DNA of 64,000 nt from an uncultured Methylomirabilota bacterium (GTDB lineage Bacteria; Methylomirabilota; Methylomirabilia; Methylomirabilales; 2-02-FULL-66-22), in the NCBI GenBank assembly GCA_963705305.1, contig OY970067.1:3712001-3776000 (forward strand), in the 5' to 3' direction. The position numbers and the translations under genes are program-made. The notes beneath the pieces were generated by a model. That model did not search any database, had not been told where the DNA came from, and saw nothing but the letters and a program-made list of their open reading frames with translations. This document shows positions 19,586 through 31,843 of the stretch, piece by piece; positions within the stretch are counted from its first letter, which is position 1, and every line of letters begins with the position of its first letter.

Positions 19586-22500
19586 ATGGACGGTCGGACG
19601 CCTCCCGATGGCAGCATGACTCCCGCAGAGTACGTCCAGGAGCAGCTGGCCGATCTGTCCAGTCTCTACAAGGTCGGGCGCACCTTCGCCTCGGTCCTGG
19701 ATCTGCCCCTCCTGCTCGAGCTGGCCTGCCAGGAATCCGCCAAGGCCCTCTCTGCCCAGACCGTTGTCCTTCGCCTTCTCGACGAGCTGACCGGCACGCT
19801 GGAGGTTGCCTGCCGGTACGACCCGGAGGACGGGGCTCCGGATGTGGGGGTGGACGCCGGACTGGCCGAGATGACCCGGCGCGAAGCGGTGCCCATCCTG
19901 ATCCCGGATCTCCGGACGGATCCTCGCTTTGCCCCCGTTGCCGGGCCCACTGCGGCGTCTGCGCTGTACGTGCCGATGATCGGACAGCACACGTTCCTGG
20001 GGATCCTGGGCGCCTATGGAAGACCACCGGCGGCCCCCGGGGGCCCATCCCGCAAGCTCGAGGTCTACGAAGAGCGGCATCTCCACCTCCTGGTGGGGAT
20101 CGTGAGCCAAGCCGCCACCTCCATCGAGAACGCCCGGCTGTTCGAGAAGGTTCGCATCGGCGCCGCCAGGCTGAAGGCCTTGAACGACCTCAGCCGCACC
20201 ATGAGCGGCTCACTGGATCTCCAGACCGTTTTCGACGAGGTGGTGCGGGCTGCGGTGGATCTCCTGGATCTGGTGTCCGCCCGGCTGTGGGTCTGGCAGG
20301 AGGAGTCGGGCCAGCTCCAGCTTCGTGCCAGCGGAGGGACGCCGGAGACCCTCTATCTGCGAGAGATTTTTGCGCCCGGCGAGGGGCTGGTCGGGGAAGC
20401 CTTCAGCGCCCTGGAGCCGATGACCCTGACGGACGTCGCCGGCGACCCCCGCTACCTGGAGCGGGACTGGGCGCGACAGGTAGGGGTTCAGAGCACGGCG
20501 GCAGTCCCGCTCATCCTGGAGGGACGGGGTGTCGGCGTGCTCAGCGTCTCGCGCCGCACGCGCCGCCCATTTGCCGGCGAGGAGCTGGCACTGCTCTCCT
20601 CCTTCGCCCAACAGGCCGCCATTGCCATCGAGAACGCGCGATTGTACGGAGAGGTGGCGCGTGGCCGCCGGGAGGCGGAGTTTCTGGCGGCGCTGGCACG
20701 GGAAGTGAATTCCTCGTTGTCCCTTCCCACCGTGCTCCAGCGCGTGACGGAGGGGGCTCGGGAGTTGTGCGGCAGCGACTTTGCGCAGATCGCGCTGCGA
20801 GAGTCGGACGTTCGAAGAGTTCCGGTTCCGCTACTGGGCCGGCATGCAGCTCGAAAGCTCTCCGCCCACGCGAATCCAACCCGGCAAAGGGGTGGGGGGA
20901 CAGGTCCTGGTCACCGGCCGGCCATTCCGGACCGACAACTACGCCCCGGACCCGGGGATCGGCAAAGACTCCCCGGCAGAGGGTCAGGCGGGAGGCCTGA
21001 TCGCCGAGCTGGGCGTTCCGATCAGTATCGGCGACCGGGTGGAGGGCATTCTGTTCGTGGGCAACCGCTCGCCGCGGGCTTTCACCGGCCGGGACGAAGA
21101 GACCCTCTTGCGCCTGGCGGACCAGGCCGCCATCGCCATTGCCAACGCCCGGCTTTTCTCCCAAGAGCAGGCACGCCGCCGGCAGCTGGAGGCGATGCGG
21201 GCGATCAGCGAGGAGATCACCCGGGAGCTCGATTTCCACTCGGTGTTGGATCTCATCGTCCAGCGGGCGGTGGACCTGATCGGCGTGCGCGCGGGCGCGG
21301 TATGGCTCTGGGACGAGGCCGCGCAAGTCCTCACTCCCCAGGTCTGGATAGGGTACGGCCCATGGCTGGCGGGGCTCCGACTCCGGCTGGGGGAGGGGGT
21401 CGCCGGGAGGGTGGCGGAACGGCGCGACGGGACGATCATCAACGATTTTCGCGGCTCTCCTTTGGCCCTTCCCGCGGTCCTGGAGCACTCGGCCGTCAGG
21501 GCGGTGGTGGCAGAGCCGCTCCTCTACGGCGACCGCCTCCTCGGCGTGCTGAACCTCGCCGAGGAGGAGACAGGCCGAAACTTCGGAGAGGAAGACCGCC
21601 AGATCCTGCGGCTCTTCGCGGCCCAAGCCGCCATCGCCCTGCAAAACGCCCAACTGCACGAAGCCACCGGGCGGCGGGCGGAGCAACTAGCCACTCTCAA
21701 TCGGCTGGCAGTCACGCTGACGGGGGCCCTGGAGCCGCACGAGGTTGCCGAGCAGGTCTTGGGAGCCGTCCAGGTCCTGCTGGCGGGAGCGGCCGTCCGG
21801 CTGTGGACCTGGCATCGGGACGACGAGAGCCTTCGCCTGGTTCAGGGGGTGGGCTTTCGGGACTCCGCCGGAGGTCTGCGGCAGAGATTCCGGCTCGGAG
21901 AGGGACTGGTCGGCGCGGCGGCGGCCAGCCGGCAGCCGACGATCTGCTCCGACGTGACCCGGGACCCTCGATTCGAGGACCATGAGTGGGCTGCCGCCGA
22001 GGGGCTGGCGGCCCTCATCGTGGTTCCGCTGGTGTACGGGGAACGGTTGAGCGGCGTCCTCAGTGTCTTTACTCGAACGCCCCACGAGTTCAGCCAGGAG
22101 GAGATCGAGCTCCTGAGCGCCTTCGCGGCCCAGGCCGCCATCGCCCTGGAGAACGCCCGGCTGTACGCGTCTTCCGAGCAGCGGGCCATGGAGCTGGAGG
22201 CCCTGCGGGAGATCGACCAGGCCATCACGGCGCGACTCCAGCTCTCCGCCGCCATGGAAGCGGTGGTGGGGGGGGCGCTCCAGCTCCTGCGAACCGAGCA
22301 TGCCCAGATCACGCTGTGGGACGAAGCCGCCCAACGCCTGAAATTCGGCGCTGCGGTCGGCGAGGAAGCGGAGCGGGTCCGGGTGCAGCAGTTCGAGCTG
22401 GGACGAGGCATCAACGGGGTGGTGGCCCAGACCCGCCGGGCCGTGATCGTGAATGATTACGCAACGTCGCCCTATGTCCTCCCTGAGTTCTCCGACATCG

Positions 22501-24623
22501 TCGCCACGATCACCGTCCCGGTCCTCTTCGGCGATCGATTGCTGGGAATCCTGCACTCGCACACCACCCGGCCGGGCATGGGATTCACGTCGGCCGACCT
22601 CCGCCGGCTGGAGATGCTCGCCGGCCGGGCCGCCATCGCCCTGGAGAACGCCCGGCTCTACGAGGCCGCCGAGCGACGCGCCGAGCAGCTTGCCACGCTC
22701 AACCGTCTGACGGGTCTCCTGACGACCGTGATGGAGCCGCAGCAGGTGGCGACCCAGATTCTGACGGCAATGCAGGTCCTCTTCCAGGGCGGAGCGGTCC
22801 GGCTGTGGCGATGGAAGAAGCCGGGTGAGAGTCTGGAGCTGGTGGGCGGCGTCGGGTTTCGGATCTCCGTCGGCGATGTCACCCGGGAGGTCAGGCTGGG
22901 GGAGGGGATCCTGGGCTCGGTCGCCGCCACGCGACAACCGGCGTGGAGTCGGGACGTCACGCGGGACCCCGGATTCGTGGATCCGGCCTGGGCGGCCAGG
23001 GAGGGGCTGGTGTCGCTCCTCGCGGTTCCCCTCGTCTCTGGCGACCGAGCGCACGGCGTCCTGTCCGTCTTTACGCGCGAGCCGCACGAGTTCACTGCTG
23101 AAGAGCTCAATCTGCTGAGCGCCTTCGCCGCCCAGGCGGCCATCGCCCTGGAGAACGCCCGCCTGTTCCAGGAGAAGGAAGATTTGGCGCAGGCGTACCT
23201 CCTGCGGCTGGGGCAGATTTCCATCCTGAACGAGATCGCCGAGGCGGTGCAGGGGATGGTGCAGCTGAACGCGATCTTCCAGGTGATCCTGACGGGTGTG
23301 ACCTACGGGGAGGGCCTTGGGTTCAACCGGGCCATCCTGTTCCTGGTGAATGAATCGGCCGGTCTGCTGGAGGGGCGCATGGGGGTCGGGCCCAGCTCGG
23401 GGGAGGAGGCGGCACAGGTCTGGCAGGCGCTGGGATCCAAGGGCCCCTCCCTGCGGGACCTCATTGCCGAGCGGACCAGCGTCCGCCCGCCGGGAGAGCT
23501 TTCGCCGTTCGACCGGCTGGCCCGAAGCCTCCGGATTCCGCTGCGGGCCGATCAGGGGCTCCTGGCCCGGACGGCCTTGGAAGGCCGGCCTTTTCATGTC
23601 CGCGGCGCGCCGGGGGATCCCGCCGTGCATCCGCAGTGGGAGGGCCGGCTGGAGGTGAAGGAATTTGCCAGTGTGCCCCTGATGGCCAAAGGGAAGGTGA
23701 TCGGGGTGCTGGCTGTGGACAACCGGTATTCCAGGAAGCCCATCACGTCCGATGACGTCGAGTTCTTGTGGGCCTTCGCCAACCAGGCTGGCCTGGCGGT
23801 CGAGCGCGCCCGGATGTACAACCATTTGGAGGAGGCGAACCGCGAGATCCAGCGCAGCCACCACCGGCTGCTCCAGCAAGAGCGGCTGGCCACCCTGGGC
23901 GAGATGGCGGCCCATGTCGTCCACGAGATCCGCAATCCGCTGGTGGCTGTGGGGGGCTTCGCCCAACGTCTGGCCCAGCACCTGGGATCCCGGGAACCGG
24001 AGGGGCGATACGCGGGGATCATCGCCCGCGAAGTGGATCGCCTCGAGCGGATCCTGCAGAACGTGCGCGCCATCTCGCGCGACACCTCGCTGGGCCTGAG
24101 CGAGGTGGACCTCCATGACCTCCTGCAGGAATGCCTGGTGCTCTTCGCAGAGCAGATCAGCGCGCAGCGCGTTGTTCTGCAGATCGACTTCACGGAAGGG
24201 CCGCCGCTCTTGCAGCTCGATCCGGTGCAGATCAAACAGGCCGTCTTGAATCTGGTCTCCAATGCCCTGGAGGCCATGCCTGAGGGCGGGGTCCTCACGG
24301 TCGGATCGCGCGTGATCCCGTGCCCCGAACGTCCGGCTGATGCGCAGGAGGGGGCGGCGGCGGGCTCGCGCGACGGCGCTCCTGCAGAGGAGTGGGTGGT
24401 GTTCTCGATTGCGGATACGGGGAGCGGGATTCCCGCGGAGAATGTGGATCGCATCTTCGATCCGTTCTTCACCACCAAGGAGACGGGGACGGGATTGGGG
24501 CTCCCCCTGGTGCGGTGGATTGTCCGGGCTCACGGGGGCCGACTGGAGGTGAACAATCGGCCAGGCGAGGGGGTCACGTTCGAGGTATGGCTGCCCCTTA
24601 AGGTTCCTACGCCTCCCCGCTGA
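19586..24623 (+). CDS. Cytoplasmic sensor histidine kinase with eight tandem GAF domains; +1 frameshift at about 20811 (probably an error)
   Basis: Eight A(I/L)ENARL-type GAF ends, H-box HEIRNPL, NALEA, DTGSGI, FFTTK, GTGLGL; removing one T at 20811 joins the two ORFs; start codon uncertain. Confidence 0.85.
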
Positions 24624-24685
24624 GACGTAGGCGGATGGGGTGCGGGCGTGCGAGCAGTCGGCTCTCTCCGAAAGGAGGCAGAGAC

Positions 24686-25042
24686 ATGAAGCGCATACTG
24701 GTAGTGGACGACGAGGAAGCCATTCGGATGCTCTACAGGGAAGAGCTGGCCGAGTCCGGGTACAGCGTGGACGTTGCGGCGGACGGATTCCAGGCCCTCG
24801 AGATGGTCCGGCAGGCGCCGCCGGATCTCATGACGATCGATATCAAGATGCCAGGCATGGACGGCATCGAGCTGCTGCGCCGGGTCCGGGAAACCCATCG
24901 AAACTTGCCCATCATCATCTGTACGGCCTACGGCGATTTCCGACGCGACTTCGGCACCTGGGCGAGCGACGCCTACCTGACCAAATCTGCCGATTTGGCC
25001 GAGCTGAAAAGCAAGGTCCGGGAATTCCTGGGCGGGGAGTAA
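24686..25042 (+). CDS. Single-domain response regulator
   Basis: ILVVDDE, DIKMPGMDG, CTAY, YLTKS; AAGGAGG SD. Confidence 0.93.
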   Translation: MKRILVVDDEEAIRMLYREELAESGYSVDVAADGFQALEMVRQAPPDLMTIDIKMPGMDGIELLRRVRETHRNLPIIICTAYGDFRRDFGTWASDAYLTKSADLAELKSKVREFLGGE

Positions 25043-25044
25043 CT

Positions 25045-25092
25045 TGGTCAAAAAAATGGCAACGCCGATGGCGGCTGCCCATGCATGGGGCA
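25045..25092. promoter_or_regulatory. Pair of NtrC-like enhancer sites
   Basis: TGGTC-N7-TGGCA (25045-25061) and TGCCC-N7-GGGCA (25076-25092), centres 31 bp apart. Confidence 0.65.
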
Positions 25093-25175
25093 CCGGCAAA
25101 GCCTGCCGACGGCGCAGGACCCTGCAACGATCGACGAAACTCCTTGTCAGACCGCAAGTTGACCGAAGAGAGTGA

Positions 25176-25598
<423 letters not shown>

Positions 25599-25711
25599 GT
25601 CGGACGCCCACCGGCGGACCCGCAATCCGGGCGCGGAGGGGCAGCGGCATTCCGGGAGACGCGCCTGTCGCCAGGGCGACAGGCCGCACCAGCGAGGAGG
25701 AGTCAACAATC

Positions 25712-27124
25712 ATGACGCCAAAAGAAGTTGTGAAGTTCGCCAAAGATCAGGGGGCACGCTTTCTCGATCTGAAGTTCATGGATTATCCCGGGATGTGGCA
25801 GCACTTCACCGTCCCCATCAATCAACTCGAGGAGAGCTCTTTCGAGGAGGGGTTCGGCTTCGACGGAAGCTCGATCCGCGGCTGGCAGGCGATTCACGCC
25901 AGTGACATGCTGGTAATCCCGGATGCCAGCACGGCGGTTCTGGACCCGTTCACGGCGATTCCGACCCTCAGCCTCATCTGCAACATCGTGGATCCCATCA
26001 CCAAAGAGAAGTACACGCGCGACCCGCGCAACATCGCCCAGAAGGCGGAGGCCTACCTGAAATCCACGGGCATCGCCGATACCGCCTACTTCGGTCCGGA
26101 GGCGGAATTTTTCATTTTTGACGACGTCCGCTACGACGCCAGAGAGCAGTGCGCGTTTTACTTCGTCGATTCGGTGGAGGGCCAGTGGAACACGGGCCGC
26201 GTGGAGAGCCCGAACTTGGGGTATAAGGCCCGCTACAAGGAGGGCTACTTCCCTGTCCCGCCCACCGACAGCATGATGGACATCCGCTCGGAGATGGTCG
26301 CCACCATGGAGCAGGTCGGCATCATGGTGGAGGCGCAGCACCACGAGGTGGCCACGGCGGGTCAGGCCGAGATCGACATGCGGTTCAACTCCCTGACGAA
26401 GATCGCCGACAGCCTCATGTGGTACAAGTACATCCTCAAGAACGTCGCCCGCAAGCACGGGAAGACCGTGACGCTGATGCCCAAGCCCATCTTCGGGGAC
26501 AACGGCTCCGGCATGCACTGCCATCAGAGCCTGTGGAAGGGCGGGCAGCCCCTGTTTGCGGGGAACGGCTACGCGGGCCTGTCCGACTTGGCCCTCTGGT
26601 ACATTGGCGGCATTCTCAAGCACGCGGCCGCCCTGTGCGCCCTGGTGGCTCCGACCACCAACTCGTACAAGCGGCTGGTGCCGGGTTTCGAAGCGCCGGT
26701 CAATCTGGCGTACTCCAGCCGCAACCGCAGCGCGGCGATCCGGATCCCGATGTACTCGCCCAGCCCCAAGGCGAAACGGGCTGAGGTGCGCTTCCCGGAC
26801 TGCAGCTGCAACGGCTACCTGGCCTTCTCGGCGATGATGATGGCGGGACTGGACGGCATTCAGAACAAGCTCGATCCCGGCGCGCCGCTGGACAAGGATA
26901 TTTACGAGCTGGGGCCGGAGGAGTTGAAGGACGTCCCCTCGGTGCCGGGCTCGCTGGATGCGGCCCTGACCGCTCTGGAGAACGATCACGAGTTCCTGCT
27001 GAAGGGGGATGTATTCACGCAGGATGCCGTGGATACCTGGATCTCCTACAAGCGAAAGCGCGAGGTGGATCCCGTCCGCCTGCGCCCCCACCCGTACGAG
27101 TTCGTCCTCTACTACGACATTTAG
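25712..27124 (+). CDS. glnA: Glutamine synthetase type I
   Basis: [24 protein letters not shown], adenylylation loop DKDIYEL. Confidence 0.98.
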   Translation: MTPKEVVKFAKDQGARFLDLKFMDYPGMWQHFTVPINQLEESSFEEGFGFDGSSIRGWQAIHASDMLVIPDASTAVLDPFTAIPTLSLICNIVDPITKEKYTRDPRNIAQKAEAYLKSTGIADTAYFGPEAEFFIFDDVRYDAREQCAFYFVDSVEGQWNTGRVESPNLGYKARYKEGYFPVPPTDSMMDIRSEMVATMEQVGIMVEAQHHEVATAGQAEIDMRFNSLTKIADSLMWYKYILKNVARKHGKTVTLMPKPIFGDNGSGMHCHQSLWKGGQPLFAGNGYAGLSDLALWYIGGILKHAAALCALVAPTTNSYKRLVPGFEAPVNLAYSSRNRSAAIRIPMYSPSPKAKRAEVRFPDCSCNGYLAFSAMMMAGLDGIQNKLDPGAPLDKDIYELGPEELKDVPSVPGSLDAALTALENDHEFLLKGDVFTQDAVDTWISYKRKREVDPVRLRPHPYEFVLYYDI

Positions 27125-27153
27125 ACCGCCTGCCCTGTGACCGTGTCCTGAGA

Positions 27154-27183
27154 GCGCCCCGCGAGCTTCGGCTCGCGGGGCGC
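27154..27183. terminator. GC-rich hairpin after glnA, between convergent genes
   Basis: 13-bp stem GCGCCCCGCGAGC with TTCG loop; no clear U-tract. Confidence 0.55.
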
Positions 27184-27220
27184 GCTGCATTGGCGACGGG
27201 CCGGGCCTCGACCTGCCGGA

Positions 27221-27445
27221 CTATTGGGCGGGTGGCGGTGCCGGGCGGGACGGGACGTGCAAGGAGCGGAGCAGGTTCTCCAGCTGGTGGGCGAGAATGA
27301 GCACGCGGTTCCGCTGGATGGACTCCTGGTTTGCCTCCGCGTTCATCCGATAGACCACCTCGGCGATCTCCTCAGCGCGCTGATACGCCAGCAGGCTGAA
27401 AATCAGCGCAGCTCCCGCCAGGATCAGCACCACGACATTCCGCAT
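27221..27445 (-). CDS. Small membrane-anchored hypothetical protein (74 aa)
   Basis: [11 protein letters not shown]-terminal hydrophobic helix, own promoter. Confidence 0.75.
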   Translation of the reverse strand: MRNVVVLILAGAALIFSLLAYQRAEEIAEVVYRMNAEANQESIQRNRVLILAHQLENLLRSLHVPSRPAPPPAQ

Positions 27446-27555
27446 ACGCTCCTCCTTTGCCGCCCTGCGGGGGCGATGGACCGGGTCCCCACTGGCAGGA
27501 TGGGTGCGGCCCTCGGCCCCGCGTCCCCCGAACGGGGAGCAGGGAGACAGAGGGA

Positions 27556-27584
27556 ACGCTAACGGCCGGTTTTCCTCCTGTCAA
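27556..27584 (-). promoter_or_regulatory. Putative sigma70 promoter of the 74-aa gene
   Basis: On minus strand TTGACA, 17-bp spacer, TAGCGT. Confidence 0.55.
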
Positions 27585-27849
27585 TGGTCTCGTCCGGGAC
27601 AACCCTCCGCGATCCCCGTGACCCGAGGCGCGGCCGGCCGCCGGGGCTCCCGCGCGCGCCTCCGCGGGGTGGGGTCTCCAGGGGGCCTGCCTGGAGCGCG
27701 CTTCGCCGCCCGGATGCCCCCTAACGTCGCCGATCCGAATCGGGCAGGGGCGGGAAGGATTCGGGCCGGGCCCTGGCTTGCCCGCGAGGAAGAGAGTATG
27801 GTATGCATGGCTGACGCCTCACGCGTTTCGCGTCGGGAGCCCCGAAGCC

Positions 27850-30800
27850 ATGGTGCCTTTCGAGACAACGCTTTGCGACAGGCTAGCCGGTGCAGGCTGC
27901 CGGTTTCCAGACAGGGCGGCCAAGAATATCCTGGCCCTGGCCCCGGATGCCGCCGCTCGGCCGTACCTGGAAGCCCTGCTTCCGGAGCTGGTTACGGCCC
28001 TGCGGCACATCCCCGACGCCGACCTGGCCCTGAACAACCTGGAGCGTTTTTCTCAGGCTGCGCTGGATCGCCGGTTCCTCCTGGGGTTGTTCCGCGACCA
28101 TCCCCGCGTTCTGCACCTGGCCCTGACGATCTTCGGCAGCTCCCAGTTTCTGAGCGACATCTTGGCCCGTCATCCGCAGCTTTTCGAGTGGCTGCTGGAG
28201 CCGGGAATCGTGCGGTCGGCGAAAAGCAAGGACGAGATTCAAGCGGAGGTCCGACAGGCGGTGGGCAGCGCGGCGACGCCGGAACGCAAGTGGGCGGCCC
28301 TGCGGCGGTACAAGGCGCAGGAGATCCTGCGCATCGGGCTCCAGGACCTGTTGGGGCGTCAAACCCTGGCCGGGATCACCGAGGAGCTGTCAAATCTGGC
28401 CGACGCGATCCTGGACACGGCGTATGGCTTCTGCCGCGCCGAGCTCGCGCGCCGGCACGGGGTCCCGCAGCTGCATGAGGAGGGCGGCCGGGTCCGGGAG
28501 TGCCCGTTCGTGATCCTGGGATTGGGAAAACTGGGGGGGCGCGAGCTCAACTTCAGCTCCGACATCGACCTGATCTTCCTCTACGAGGGGGAAGGGGAGA
28601 CCGGCGGTGCGCCGGGGGAGGGCGACCGACGGACGGGGATCATTGGGAACCAGGAGTTCTTCCGCAAATTGGGAGAGCTGCTGGTGAAGGGGTTGAGCGA
28701 GCCGTCGCCCGAGGGGCACATCTATCGGGTGGATCTCCGTCTTCGTCCCGAAGGGCGCGCCGGGGCCATCGCCTCCTCGCTCCGGACCTGCGAGATCTAT
28801 TACGAGACCGCGGGGCAGACCTGGGAGCGGCAGGCGCTCATCAAGGCCCGCTCCGCGGCGGGCGATGCGGCCCTGGGCGGGCAGTTTCTGCGCATGGTGG
28901 CCCCCTTCGTGTATCGGCAGTTTTTGGACTTCGGCGCGCTGGGCGAGATCCGCGCCATGAAGGATCGGATTAACCTGGCGGTGGCCCAGGATGGACGGGC
29001 CCGCCGGAACGTGAAGCTGGGGTACGGCGGCATCCGCGAGATCGAGTTCCTGGTGCAGGGGCTGCAGCTCTTGCACGGGGGCAAGAATAGTTGGGTGCGC
29101 GAGGCCAATACGCTGCGGGCGCTGCATCGCCTGGCGGGACAGGAGCTGCTGGGGGACGCCGATTACGGGACCCTGGCGAACGCCTATACGTTCCTGCGCA
29201 ATCTGGAGCACCGGCTCCAGATCATGCACGATCGGCAGACGCACACCCTCCCCGAGGACCCCCGCGAACTGCTGGCTCTGGCCCGCCGCATGGGCTTCAT
29301 GCCAGAGGATCATGCCGATTCCGCGGCGGCGCTGCTCGAGGCGTACGAGCGTCATACGGGGGCGGTGCGCGCGCTGTACGACAGCTTCCTCTCGGCAGCA
29401 GAGCGGTCGGAGGGAGATGCCGGGGGCGCCGGAGCGGCGGACGAGCTGGCGCTCTTCTTTACCGCCGACCTGTCGCCGGAGCAGCTGCGCCAGCGCCTGG
29501 GTCCGGTGGGCTTCGAGGATCTGGATCGGGCTCTGCGCAACCTGCTGGTGATCCGGGAGGGCCAGCCATTCGTGCGGCAGACGGCCGAGGACCGCCGCGC
29601 CTTGGGCCGGCTGGCCCCGGCGCTGATCGAGGCCCTCGGCCGGGTGCCGGACCCAGACCTGGCCCTGACGACCTTCGAGCGATTCTTGGCCGGGATCCCG
29701 GCCCGGGCCACGTTCGTCGGGCTGTTGGCCGACACGCCGGGATTGCTGACGCTGCTGATGCGGCTCTTCGGCACCAGCGAATTTCTTTCGGCCACGCTCC
29801 TGCGGCAGCCCGAGTTGACGGAGGCGTTGCTGGCACCCGAGCCGGTGTCGCGTTTCGGCCGGGCGCATGTCGCGGCCGAGCTGGCGCGCGCCCTGGACAA
29901 TCCCGACAGCAGGAGCGCCCGCCTCAGCGCCCTGCGGCGGGTGAAGAAGGCGGAGGAGCTTCGGATCGGCCTGCAGGACCTCCTGGACCAGGCGGACGTG
30001 CATGCCACCAATCTGGCCCTGAGTGCCGTTGCGGAGGCCTGCCTTGCCGCCGCGCTCCAGCTGGCCGAAACGGAGCTGGCGGAGCGATTCGGCCGACCGG
30101 ACCCCCCCGGCGTGGTCGTCGTCGGCATGGGAAAGCTGGGCGGGAGGGAGCTGGGGTACGGATCGGATCTCGACCTGCTGTTCGTGTACCGGGCCGCCGG
30201 CGAAACGACCGGCCCGGAGCGGATCAGCCACCCGGAGTACTTCAGCAAGTTGGCCGATCGGGTGAGCAAGATTCTGAGCACCATAACCCCGGAGGGCGCG
30301 GCCTACCGGGTGGACACTCGGCTGCGGCCCGGCGGTCAAAAAGGGGAGGTGGCGCAACCCTTGGCGGCCTTCGAGGCCCACTTCGACCGGCTGGCCGAGG
30401 TGTGGGAGCGGCAGGCCTACATCAAGGCCCGGCCCGTGGCGGGCGATCCGGAGGTGGGCGCCGATTTCCTGGCGCGGGCCCATCGCTTCGTCTACGAGAG
30501 CCCGGAGGACCCGGATCTGGCCGGGAGAGTCCTGGCCATGCGCCATCGGATGGAGGTCGAGCGAGCGGGCGCCGTCGGCGCGGGGGCGCACGTCAAGGTG
30601 GGGAGCGGGGGCATCGTAGACATCGAGTTCCTAGTCCAGTATCTTCAGCTCCGGCACGGGCGAAGCCTCCCGGAGCTTCGCTCGCCGAACACACGGGAGG
30701 CCTTGGCCCGCCTCAAGGCCGCCGGATTTATTGCGGCGGAGGAGGCGGCCGCTTTGGAGGACGCCTATCGGTTCCTGCGCCGGGTGGAGAACCGCTTGCG

Positions 30801-31005
30801 CATCGTCGCAGACCTCAGCTTGAGCACGCTGCCCAGCGCGCCGCTCAAGCTGGAACGGTTGGCCAAGCGGATGGGCTATCGCGGGAGGGGAGACCGTTCC
30901 GGTCGCGAACAGTTCCTGGAGGATTTCGCGGCACAGACCACGAGGGTGCGGGCAATCTTCAATCGGATCTTCGATGTGTCTCAGGACGGGCCAAGACCGC
31001 ACTAG
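27850..31005 (+). CDS. glnE: Bifunctional glutamine synthetase adenylyltransferase/adenylyl-removing enzyme
   Basis: Two GKLGGREL..SD.DL nucleotidyltransferase motifs, two RVD.RLRP and WERQA motifs. Confidence 0.96.
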   Translation: MVPFETTLCDRLAGAGCRFPDRAAKNILALAPDAAARPYLEALLPELVTALRHIPDADLALNNLERFSQAALDRRFLLGLFRDHPRVLHLALTIFGSSQFLSDILARHPQLFEWLLEPGIVRSAKSKDEIQAEVRQAVGSAATPERKWAALRRYKAQEILRIGLQDLLGRQTLAGITEELSNLADAILDTAYGFCRAELARRHGVPQLHEEGGRVRECPFVILGLGKLGGRELNFSSDIDLIFLYEGEGETGGAPGEGDRRTGIIGNQEFFRKLGELLVKGLSEPSPEGHIYRVDLRLRPEGRAGAIASSLRTCEIYYETAGQTWERQALIKARSAAGDAALGGQFLRMVAPFVYRQFLDFGALGEIRAMKDRINLAVAQDGRARRNVKLGYGGIREIEFLVQGLQLLHGGKNSWVREANTLRALHRLAGQELLGDADYGTLANAYTFLRNLEHRLQIMHDRQTHTLPEDPRELLALARRMGFMPEDHADSAAALLEAYERHTGAVRALYDSFLSAAERSEGDAGGAGAADELALFFTADLSPEQLRQRLGPVGFEDLDRALRNLLVIREGQPFVRQTAEDRRALGRLAPALIEALGRVPDPDLALTTFERFLAGIPARATFVGLLADTPGLLTLLMRLFGTSEFLSATLLRQPELTEALLAPEPVSRFGRAHVAAELARALDNPDSRSARLSALRRVKKAEELRIGLQDLLDQADVHATNLALSAVAEACLAAALQLAETELAERFGRPDPPGVVVVGMGKLGGRELGYGSDLDLLFVYRAAGETTGPERISHPEYFSKLADRVSKILSTITPEGAAYRVDTRLRPGGQKGEVAQPLAAFEAHFDRLAEVWERQAYIKARPVAGDPEVGADFLARAHRFVYESPEDPDLAGRVLAMRHRMEVERAGAVGAGAHVKVGSGGIVDIEFLVQYLQLRHGRSLPELRSPNTREALARLKAAGFIAAEEAAALEDAYRFLRRVENRLRIVADLSLSTLPSAPLKLERLAKRMGYRGRGDRSGREQFLEDFAAQTTRVRAIFNRIFDVSQDGPRPH

Positions 31006-31104
31006 GGATGCAAAGCGCGGGGAGCGGCCTCCTCGCGGAACAGCCGGCGTCTGATCGGCCCGCCACACGACCACCCGAGAAGGCGGGTGGAAGGGAGGTG
31101 CACC

Positions 31105-31764
31105 ATGCTTCAGTATGAAGGGCTCCAGATCACGTGGCTCGGGCACGACGGCTTCAAGCTGAAAAAAGACAAGGTCGTCTATGTGGATCCGTTCAAGCTT
31201 CAGAAGACAGCCGAGCCCGCGGATGTCGTCTGCGTCACCCACGAGCACTTCGATCACCTGAGTCCGGAGGACCTGAAGAAGGTCGTGACGTCCAAGACCA
31301 CGGTGGTGACCATTGCGGCGTGCGAGCAGGCGGCCAAGGGCCTCGCCCCCAAGGCCGTCCGGGTGGTTGCGCCGGGAGAGCGCGTCCACGTCGATGGGGT
31401 CGAGATCGAAGTCGTTCCGGCCTACAACACGGATAAATTCCGGTCTCCCGGAAATCCGTTCCACCCGCGGAAGGACGGGAAGGCCGGCTTCATCATCAGC
31501 CTGGGAGGCCTCCGGATCTACCATGCCGGGGATACCGACCACATCCCGGAGATGGTCCAGGCCAAGGGGGTGGACGTGGCGCTCTTGCCGGTCAGCGGGA
31601 CGTACGTCATGACCGCGGCGGAGGCCGTTCAGGCCTGCCGGACCATCCAGCCAAAGCTGGCGATCCCGATGCACTATGGCGCGATCGTGGGTGCGGCCGG
31701 GGACGCCGAGACGTTCAAGAAGGGGGTCGCCTGTCGGGTGGAGATCCTCCAGCCAGAGGGATAG
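31105..31764 (+). CDS. MBL-fold metallo-hydrolase
   Basis: WLGHDGF, THEHFDH, YHAGDT, IPMHYG. Confidence 0.9.
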   Translation: MLQYEGLQITWLGHDGFKLKKDKVVYVDPFKLQKTAEPADVVCVTHEHFDHLSPEDLKKVVTSKTTVVTIAACEQAAKGLAPKAVRVVAPGERVHVDGVEIEVVPAYNTDKFRSPGNPFHPRKDGKAGFIISLGGLRIYHAGDTDHIPEMVQAKGVDVALLPVSGTYVMTAAEAVQACRTIQPKLAIPMHYGAIVGAAGDAETFKKGVACRVEILQPEG

Positions 31765-31843
31765 GCGGCGGGGCAACGAGGCGGCCGGGTGGCAGGATGG
31801 CCTAGCCTGGCGGGCCCGTGCGCCCACGCAGGGGAGGTCGTGA

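Noticed and set aside
25599..25711. Possible glutamine riboswitch between glnB and glnA
   Set aside because: Only a simple hairpin (25663-25684); the conserved glnA-motif sequences were not recognised
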